Shown one piece after another: positions 30,177-38,078 of a DNA stretch of 64,000 nt. The DNA comes from Candidatus Poribacteria bacterium (GTDB lineage: Bacteria > Poribacteria > WGA-4E > PCPOR2b), in the NCBI GenBank assembly GCA_965208675.1, contig OZ242351.1, forward strand, positions 3,392,001-3,456,000. Direction: 5' to 3'. The position numbers and the translations under genes are program-made. The notes under the pieces are model-generated. The model worked only from the letters and a program-made list of their open reading frames with translations. It searched no databases and was not told the origin of the DNA. Each line of letters opens with the position of its first letter. Within the stretch, counting starts at the first letter, position 1.

Positions 30177-31817
30177 TTGGTGAAAACTTTCAAAAACAGA
30201 ATTTCGCTCAACCTTGACGACACAGCAGAAGTGTCCGTGAACGGTTTCATCGCGCCGGTTGAGTACTCTGCTGGAGATTTCCATAAGAGGTGGGACGCAT
30301 TGGCGAATCTAAGGGTCGCTGAGCCAGAGATGCAGTATTCTGCGTCAGTTTTTCGTGCGTTTCTCCCGTCCAAAGCGGTTTCGGCAGGTGAAGTCTGGCG
30401 TATTGAGGAAGCGGGGGCACTGGCGTTGTTGAGGCAACTTCACCCTAATCCACATCTGAATTTGCTCCATGATGTAGGAGACTCCTGTGGATTGTGGGCA
30501 TGTCTGCGTTCCTATAACAATGAACTTGCCCATGTTGTGTTCCGCATTCATGCAGAATTTGCGTTGACGGACGGTTGGTTCACACCCTCCCAATTCGCCG
30601 GACATTTGGTTATCGATCGAAATGAAGACAAGATTGTGTTTTTCCAGATGCGCGTACCTGAAGGTGTAATGAACTTTGATGCTAATTGGCATACGACGGA
30701 AGAAGGGTGGAGACCAGATACGATAATTACCGATACCGGCTTTTGTCCGCAAATGGAATTGCGTGCCGGTATTGAACCCGATGTGCAGAATCTTGAATTC
30801 ATAGAAGCTATTACGGAAGAAGAGGCGGCGCACAAACTGATACTGTGCTTTTACGAATCGGAGCAAATTCATTGGGTGCCGTTGGACGAAGCATTGGAGA
30901 TTGCACAGGTACAGCAGAAACACGTTCACGCCATCTCAGTAGATGGGCCGCTAGCTGACGAATCGTGCTGAGGCAGTGGCAAACTCTTGAGGGCAGTTGC
31001 TCTCTCACACGACCGGGTCATCAAATTCTTGAACGAGAATTTCATCAACACTTGGGCAACCAATGCCGAATTAGGGCGTAAACCCCAATTGCGCGACCCT
31101 ATTGCCAAGAGACGCGAGCGCGAGTCCAAGACCTTTGACACAACGTCCCCATTGGTACAAGCAATCATGAAGGGCTGGAAGAAAGGTTCACCGGTGGATT
31201 GTATGGTTATATCACCGAACTTTGAACTGAGAGGGAAACTTCCACTCAATGAATATACTAGCAACGCCTTGGATGGTGGGAGAACGGCGGCGGAAAACTA
31301 CCGACTGTTTCTCGTAGAATCCTTAGAAGGGAAACGTCCCGGGCTTAGTCGAGACAACTCTTTCGGATATTTATTTGGCGGAGTAGATGATAGCGCCGTG
31401 GAACCGCTCTTAAGTGATTTGAACGTTGTCCTCAACAGTGAGCAACCCTCGCTGGAAGTGTTGGATGTTTTTCGCACCCCAACGCCGGATTGTCAGGATT
31501 ACACTGTCGTAAAAATTGATGTCACGGCGTTTGATACCGGTGGGACGCTAGCGATTGATATCCGAGTCGGCGGCGCCGAACTGGGAGGTTCTTTCTATTT
31601 GTACGATAGCGATGTCGAAATCCCCACAAGCCGCGGAGAGCGTTATTATCACTCGTTTGCCAATGCGACGGATATGCCTCGCAAGGGAGCGGCGCAAATC
31701 CGGTATCCTTTCCATCGACCTCAGGTGTTTAAGCTGGTAGTTGCGGGGGAGGCGGAGAATGGGGACGGGAGTGCCAACGCCTTTCATGCGAGAATTTCTG
31801 TAGAGCAGGCAAATTGA
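30177..31817 (+). CDS. Selenoprotein N (SELENON)-like protein; in-frame TGA at 30969-30971 predicted to encode Sec
   Basis: ORFs 30177-30971 and 30987-31817 are in the same frame; readthrough gives DESC-U-GSGKLLR; FRIHAEF, WFTPSQFAGH, PQMEL and LNENFINTW blocks match animal SelN on both sides of the TGA. Confidence 0.9.
30969..31007 (+). promoter_or_regulatory. Candidate bacterial SECIS hairpin
   Basis: TGAG...CTCA and GCAA(A)CT/AGTTGC stems; G-containing apical loop about 16 nt after the TGA. Confidence 0.6.
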
Positions 31818-31906
31818 ACTTGCTGCACGGGTGGTTGAGTAATCAACATGGATTTGCCGCCTAGATGACATTCACGTCAATCACCGGCGACTTTTGCGGT
31901 GCAACA

Positions 31907-32365
31907 CTACGGGGACTCTTGCTGTTTTAATACCGCAGGGTGAACGGCGTTTATAGATTGGGCTATCATGTCACCGATTAATTCGGCTTCAGGCGAATTC
32001 CCTTGAGGCAATCCAGTTATTTCGCTGTGTGACGGGTCAGCTTCAAATTCGTCCTCCGCATCCAAAGGCTTATGAATGAAGCGAAGTCCCTCAAATACTG
32101 TGCGAACGTACTGTTTTGTTGCGCCGATGTTAAGCTCAGCTAGACGACCACGTTCTCTCATCTTCAGCCGCGCTAGCCTCCTCACTTCAGCGAGTTGTTC
32201 CTCTTTTGTACAGTTGGGAAAGCACTCAAGCCAATTAACCGACAAGCCGGTTTCACCGGAACGTAGACAGAATGCCGCCCCTGTCACCTTTCCGTCTGTG
32301 CGGATGCTTGTAGGTTTTGCATATCGAACGATATGGTGGTCATCCGGTAAGTCAGCGCCAGTCAT
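31907..32365 (-). CDS. Hypothetical protein, possible ART/RES-like toxin
   Basis: IVRY, AF, GLSVNW and HSEI.G pattern; ATGA overlap with the upstream gene. Confidence 0.55.
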   Translation of the reverse strand: MTGADLPDDHHIVRYAKPTSIRTDGKVTGAAFCLRSGETGLSVNWLECFPNCTKEEQLAEVRRLARLKMRERGRLAELNIGATKQYVRTVFEGLRFIHKPLDAEDEFEADPSHSEITGLPQGNSPEAELIGDMIAQSINAVHPAVLKQQESP

Positions 32366-33033
32366 ACTTGGAGAAGTGATTCAAGGTCAAAAGTACGCAA
32401 CTGCTGTTTAACTCCGTCAAAAGTATCCTGCCCAGCCACACGCGAAATATGATTGGTACCTTTTCTTCGACGGAAGATCACATATTGCAGAATACGGTCC
32501 CCCAGAAATTGAATACCGAAGTGATTGCCATCTTCATCGTCCCAAATGACACGCAGGTTGCTATTGTCCAAGAGTACCACTTCAGCCTTGGAAGCAAAAG
32601 GCACAGATATTATGAATGACCAGAAGTCAATCTCGGACCTCTCATTTACAGTGAAGCCGTCAATCTCTGCATCGCTGCGTAGGTCTTCGATTCGAAGTCT
32701 ATAGGTCTGGTGATTCTGCTGCGTCTTTCTTGCTTTATCCGCGATTTCCTCCATGTATTGATTCGATACATCAATCTTGTCGACCGACTCTATACTGGGG
32801 TAAACGTAAGCTGATAGGTGGCTGGTGGATGGCTTTGAGAATACACGGAAAATACCCTCGGACATATCGGGCGAGGTAGTTGCTATATGTGATTGCTCCG
32901 TTTGGGAGATAGTATAGTCTACCTGCGGTTGAAACATATTGTATTTGGAGTAGAAGGTGGAAGTTGAACCAACCATTGGCAGCAGTGGAAACAGCGAATG
33001 GCTTGGAGCAAAAACATTCACCTGGGCGTTCAT
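32362..33033 (-). CDS. Hypothetical protein (S/T-rich N-half, globular C-half)
   Basis: GGAGG SD; ATG at 33033 overlaps the stop of the upstream gene; 223 aa. Confidence 0.7.
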   Translation of the reverse strand: MNAQVNVFAPSHSLFPLLPMVGSTSTFYSKYNMFQPQVDYTISQTEQSHIATTSPDMSEGIFRVFSKPSTSHLSAYVYPSIESVDKIDVSNQYMEEIADKARKTQQNHQTYRLRIEDLRSDAEIDGFTVNERSEIDFWSFIISVPFASKAEVVLLDNSNLRVIWDDEDGNHFGIQFLGDRILQYVIFRRRKGTNHISRVAGQDTFDGVKQQLRTFDLESLLQV

Positions 33034-33824
33034 TTCATTTCCTCCGTTCGTTTCCAAAAGCGATGTTGAATTTCTGCGCTTGTCATACCAACAAAGCATC
33101 TTTTAATGTGGTCATGGGCGTGCTTGAACCATTCATCTGTGGCTGGTTTTCCAACTTTTCCAAGGCGGCCGCTCGCTTTGATTTCGAGTATCAGTACAGG
33201 GACCTCCGGTTGCTGTGTCATGGTGGCAGCGCAAATGCCAACATTAAGCTGTAGATCGGTTGCAATCTTGTAGGCGTAATTACAATTGAACCCAGCAAGT
33301 TCGAAAGCGTTGATGTCAGGATCCAAAATCGAGAAAGAGGGGATGACATTTGCGGTGTCTTGTGGCCCTGACCAGAACTCACTGGGTTCTAGGGCATTGA
33401 TATAGGTCAACTCACAAAGGTCAACAAGAAGATTTTCCACGGACCTAAATTCTGTTCGGATAAACTCGCTGAATAAGCCATAGTATTTATCAAATGTAGG
33501 CTTGATGTGCCTGTGGAAACGGGGGTAATCCTCGTCTCTGCGACGCCAATTAAACATGAAAGCATTTTTCTGTATTTGGATGAGATTGATGTCGTTTTCG
33601 GCGATAAACCAGTACCTTGGCATTGGGGAAGGTTCTTCAGCGGCGATCTCCAGTCCAACTCCCACCGGAAGTTGCTGGCGTACGATAGGGAATTCGCCCC
33701 TTATCCTTTCCCAGAAAAGACCAACATGCTCGTTACGAAAGTTTGACAACGGTGGATTAAAGTACGTAGACATCACAACTTCATTTACTGGTGGATTATC
33801 GAAGGCTATAATCTGTGACTTCAT
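33030..33824 (-). CDS. TIGR04255-like family protein
   Basis: F.NPP..EVV start, RYWF......LIQIQ, YPRF, ELTYIN and WF..AH motifs. Confidence 0.8.
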   Translation of the reverse strand: MKSQIIAFDNPPVNEVVMSTYFNPPLSNFRNEHVGLFWERIRGEFPIVRQQLPVGVGLEIAAEEPSPMPRYWFIAENDINLIQIQKNAFMFNWRRRDEDYPRFHRHIKPTFDKYYGLFSEFIRTEFRSVENLLVDLCELTYINALEPSEFWSGPQDTANVIPSFSILDPDINAFELAGFNCNYAYKIATDLQLNVGICAATMTQQPEVPVLILEIKASGRLGKVGKPATDEWFKHAHDHIKRCFVGMTSAEIQHRFWKRTEEMK

Positions 33825-34083
33825 TAGAGTCCTTAATCCTTATACTCCTAACAATACCTATGGCGGTTCTATGTTAAATTCTCAAGATTGCGATGTGTTC
33901 TTTTTGGAGTTTTGGGAGTCATGTCCAATGGTTTAACCGAAAATCGTCAAGTGCTTCACTGATACTACCTTGCGCTGTATGATTCCACCCATTACATCAG
34001 AGTTTGTTGCTCCAATTGTCTATTTTGTCAGTAGCAATAGGGGATGTTGTAAATAAGCGATTCACCAAAACACAGTTTAGGTA

Positions 34084-34527
34084 TTAAGAGGTTGGGCGGT
34101 TTATTTTAGGGCGCAGCAGATGGATTCCCATTGCACCGTTCAACACCGGGAGCAGCGCATCGAAGAATGTCCACACCAGCGAACGGACATCTGCGCTGAC
34201 CGCGGTAAAATCTTTTGCAGCCTTGCTGATGCCGAACCAGTTCCAGAAAAAGAGTATGGCAGCGAACACGAACCCGTAGAACAGCGCGTTGGCTGCGATG
34301 AACTCTTTAACGCCCGGATTCTCGCGGGTGCGGCGCATGCGAAGGTATCCGAATTCCAAACCTACAATTATAGAGATTGCGGAGAGCGGGTCAATAATTT
34401 TCCAGATGCGGCTGTACGGATGATCGCTTGAGGACGTGTGGTAGATTGGCTCAACAATGGTGTGGATGGCGACGATGGCTCCAATTAGAATGAGAACTAC
34501 GCCAAAGAACCGCTTGAGTCCTTCCAT
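34084..34527 (-). CDS. 4-TM membrane protein, paralogue B
   Basis: Four hydrophobic segments; clear paralogue of 34911-35345. Confidence 0.85.
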   Translation of the reverse strand: MEGLKRFFGVVLILIGAIVAIHTIVEPIYHTSSSDHPYSRIWKIIDPLSAISIIVGLEFGYLRMRRTRENPGVKEFIAANALFYGFVFAAILFFWNWFGISKAAKDFTAVSADVRSLVWTFFDALLPVLNGAMGIHLLRPKINRPTS

Positions 34528-34910
34528 GTAAAATTTTTCCTCATTAACGCTCGATTCAGCAATCCTGGCTGAAGTTGGTGGGTAGGCTTTTGAGGTTCAA
34601 TCCTGAAGATTACCCCGATTTTCGGATTGCACGCTTCAATCCGTAGAGATGCGGAGGGCACAGAGACAATCTTCTCTGCGCCCTCACGTATTTGTTTCTT
34701 GGTTGGGAACGGGGATTCACATTCCCGACACGCGCTACCTTTTCTGGCGCACAACTAATCAAGGCGGCGGTTCAGGTTAGGAAGTAGTGTGGATTAATGA
34801 AAGGCTGTGCTTGTTCAGTTGTGACCATCCCAATACATACGGATTTTGCGTTCTGCAGCACAAACGTATGGTAAGCACCGGTTTTGATGACGGGTCACAA
34901 ACGGTGTTGG

Positions 34911-35345
34911 CTATTCGCTGGCGCTGGAGCGCAACAGGTGGAGGCCCATCGCACCGCTCAACAGTGGGAATAGGGCATCGAAGAAAATCCATACGATCGA
35001 CCGGACATCGGCACTGACTGCAGTAAATTCTTTCCCGACGCCGCTGATGCCGAACCAGTTCCAGAAAAAGAGTATGCCTGCGAACAGAAATCCGTAGAAT
35101 AGCGTGTTCGCCGCGATGAACTCTGGACCGCTCGCATTTTCGCCGGCACGTCTCATGCGGCAACAGCCGAATATCAACCCCAGGATAATGGCAACCGCAG
35201 TAAGCGGGTTGATTATACCCCAAGTTGAACTGTACGGGTTCGCATCGGTGGAGGTGTAATAAACCGGTTCAATAACCGTGTGGATGGCAACGATTGCCGC
35301 AATTAGGATGTGAACAACACCTACAATTTGCTTGAAGACGTTCAT
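34911..35345 (-). CDS. 4-TM membrane protein, paralogue A
   Basis: AGGAGG SD; shares the FIAANxLFYGF.FA.ILFFWNWFGIS block with 34084-34527. Confidence 0.85.
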   Translation of the reverse strand: MNVFKQIVGVVHILIAAIVAIHTVIEPVYYTSTDANPYSSTWGIINPLTAVAIILGLIFGCCRMRRAGENASGPEFIAANTLFYGFLFAGILFFWNWFGISGVGKEFTAVSADVRSIVWIFFDALFPLLSGAMGLHLLRSSASE

Positions 35346-36075
35346 GGCAATGTCCTCCTATTTGTTTGTCGGTTTCAGTTAAATCCTGTCCCAAGAAACG
35401 AAACACCGTATATCATATCATACACCCGCAAAAAATCAACGAAAATGTTACGGAACAATTTGCTCAACTGTCAAGTTATTCCAATGGGAGAAATGGGTAA
35501 TGAGTAATGAGTAAAGAAAAATGCGTAATGAGAAAAAGTGGTAAATCAGATTCTGACCGTTCAAAAGGGTTGCGCAGTAAATCACAGCGAACCGATAACG
35601 TTGTGAATTTATTTCGCGGCAAAAGAGGGTCGGGACGTCATATAGAGATTGATGTTCTTGCGCCCTCCAATTAGGTTTTCATGTCATTGAACGCACAATT
35701 CGGAAGTGTAAAACCCCACCTTCGAACGCAATCCCGTTCTGCTGCGAGATTACGACTCCGCCGTAGACAATAACTTCGGCCCTTCTTTGCTCAAGGTTTC
35801 CCATGCCAGCCGAATCTGTGCATCATTCACCTGCACCGAGACGCATACGAAAAAATGGTTGCGCAAACGCGGTGTGGAATGGTAAAACTTAACGAGAGGC
35901 ATAGGTAAATTTCACAGTAATTCACAGTAAATTGATTGTGTTGTGAATTTATTTTAAGATAATAAAGGGGCGGAAAGTCAGTCTGTGACTGAATTTCGTA
36001 CGGTTGAGGCAAATGAAGCACAAAAATCTACTGTGAAAAAACTTTATGTTTCAAAGAGGAGAATGGGAAGGAAAG

Positions 36076-37011
36076 ATGACGGAAAAAAGAGCAGGAGCTA
36101 CGCTGTTGGCGGAAATTCGCGGAGAGAGATCGAGTGAGGAATATGATGAATTCAAGACGGATGTACGCGAGTTAATTGAGACGTTGAGCGGTTACGAACT
36201 TGTCGATGCGGTTATTAGCAGGGTCAACCAGTTTGTTGAAGATGAGGTAGAGAGGCTTATGGCACACGGCGAAAATCCGAGAGATCAGTATTTTATAGAC
36301 GGTTTTCGAGCAATCATCCGCTTCGAACTGACAGAGTGCATCTCGCATTTTGTGTCAGACGCGCATCGTGAGTTTGTGGTTTGCGCTCATGCACGGGGGT
36401 TATCTACGTCCGCCGCAGTTTCAGAGTTGATTGAGGGGGACGAGACGATTCATCGTTTGGCGGAAGGGGATGCTTTGGGACATATGGAACTTCAACGAGT
36501 CTTGGTTCTTCGGATGGCGTATCTGAAACCGGGGACAGCGCGGTGGCCCGAGAAAAAATACGGCGCGGTTTGGCGAGAAGCACGGGCAGCATATAAACAA
36601 GCGGTGACCGATTACCCGTTAATGACTAAGGGTGAACAAGCGGCGCTTATAGCCAAACATGCAGAGCGCATTGATTATGCATTGGAAACGAAACGTCTTG
36701 AACCGAAAGACTTTCAAGTGCTGACGAACACGTTAATGCAAACGTTGGAGAGACTTAATAAGCTGACTGAGGAAAAAGAGCGGACGGAAGAGGCGCTTTC
36801 TCATCCCCAGCTTTTTGCGGTATTGGAGCGGCTGACGCTTGCATTGAGAAAACCTGATGAGATTCCGATTGGAAGTGAGGCGGAAGCTCTAGCGGGGATT
36901 CTTGAACGAATGGCGCTTGCATTGAAACAGCCCGATCAGAAGACGGTAGGCATCGGACCAACTGCGCTGCCTGCGCGCGGGGATGGTGAGAAGAAGGATT
37001 CAGGCTCGTAG
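36076..37011 (+). CDS. Hypothetical protein with a DUF2280-like (phage small-terminase-like) central region
   Basis: HREFVVCAHARGLSTS...YLKP...KKYGAVWREARAAY....DYPL resembles DUF2280 by eye. Confidence 0.55.
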   Translation: MTEKRAGATLLAEIRGERSSEEYDEFKTDVRELIETLSGYELVDAVISRVNQFVEDEVERLMAHGENPRDQYFIDGFRAIIRFELTECISHFVSDAHREFVVCAHARGLSTSAAVSELIEGDETIHRLAEGDALGHMELQRVLVLRMAYLKPGTARWPEKKYGAVWREARAAYKQAVTDYPLMTKGEQAALIAKHAERIDYALETKRLEPKDFQVLTNTLMQTLERLNKLTEEKERTEEALSHPQLFAVLERLTLALRKPDEIPIGSEAEALAGILERMALALKQPDQKTVGIGPTALPARGDGEKKDSGS

Positions 37012-37170
37012 CAGAGAAACTTAACATATATTAAGTATATTTATTGCCGTAGGGATACTTGGTGGGAATCGTGCGGTTAGCAGTATGCGTTAGGAAGGAA
37101 GGCGTTTCTATATTGCAAATCTTTTTGGTAAACGACGCTCGTCAGAATTTATTACTTCATCAAAGCGCGC

Positions 37171-37461
37171 CTACAAGGAGCGTTTATGGAGTGCTGTTTG
37201 GGTATTACTTTGGCGTGAGTAGGTTGCCCATAATGATTTTGGTTTGTCAACGGACAGTCCGACGTTACCACATCCGCCGCAAACCGTGGCTCTCAGTTTT
37301 GCTGTGCGGGCTTGCTTGAAGATTAGGGCGTCAGGATTCCCCTGCACTTCAACTTCTAGGTCCTTTGCCGAGCCTACGGCGTCGCTGTGATCCCGAATCC
37401 TCAAGTTGTGCATGATATCCTCGGAACCGCACCTAGGACACTTAATTTTCGCCATTGACAT
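37171..37461 (-). CDS. Small zinc-ribbon protein
   Basis: CPRCGS and VCGGCG pairs; AGGAGG SD. Confidence 0.75.
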   Translation of the reverse strand: MSMAKIKCPRCGSEDIMHNLRIRDHSDAVGSAKDLEVEVQGNPDALIFKQARTAKLRATVCGGCGNVGLSVDKPKSLWATYSRQSNTQTALHKRSL

Positions 37462-37644
37462 TTGCCTCCTTATCTATTGGGCTGGTGTGCATTATGTGAC
37501 AGACGATTCTTAGATTTCAGCGGTGTAGGTTGGGGGTTCACTGGATTTGGGAAATATCAATCAGACTCCATCTCGGAAATATAAGTGGTATGCGTGGTTT
37601 GTTTGATGGGTGTGGTTCGACGTAATCTACCCACCAAAATGGTC

Positions 37645-37673
37645 TTGATAAATTTCTTGATGTTTGTTATAAT
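37645..37673 (+). promoter_or_regulatory. sigma70-type promoter with extended -10
   Basis: TTGATA-17 bp-TATAAT with TGn extension. Confidence 0.75.
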
Positions 37674-37679
37674 TAGAAT

Positions 37680-37805
37680 CGTGGCTAGGGACAAAATTCG
37701 GCTCCATGCCGTGTGATTGTCGGGCTGCGGTTCGCTCAATCCTATATGCCTAGCTATTTAATTGCGTATCTCCCCTCCAAAGCCGCCGCATTGAGCGGTT
37801 TTTTT
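37680..37805 (+). ncRNA. Candidate structured small RNA or leader with terminator
   Basis: Closing stem 37681-37689/37749-37757, internal hairpins, terminator AGCCGC/GCGGTT plus T run. Confidence 0.5.
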
Positions 37806-37973
37806 GTGTGTAATACACGCCATAACCTGCCTCACGTCTATCATGGATGTCCTACACCAACCGAAACGTCCGCCACAAATATCTTACATACCGTTCTTCG
37901 CCGCGTTCATAAAGCCTTTGTAGCGCCCAGACGAAATAATCTACAGCTTGTAAGTCAGCTTGTTCCAGCTGTT

Positions 37974-38056
37974 GTAGGTTGCGTTGAGCCAACTGCGAAA
38001 CCCAACGCTTTTGAAACTGCCAGACGACAGAAAAGCGTTGGGTTTCACTTCGTTCC
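37974..38056. repeat. REP-type repeat
   Basis: GTAGGTTGCGTTGAGC...GAAACCCAACGCTTTT / AAAAGCGTTGGGTTTC inverted pair. Confidence 0.7.
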
Positions 38057-38078
38057 ACTGCATCACGAGCATTATCCC

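Noticed and set aside
11110-30929. Many antisense and alternate-frame ORFs within long genes
   Set aside because: Shadows of well-supported CDSs with no independent motifs
30987-31817. Independent 276-aa gene
   Set aside because: TTG start without an SD; it is the in-frame continuation of the SelN-like gene
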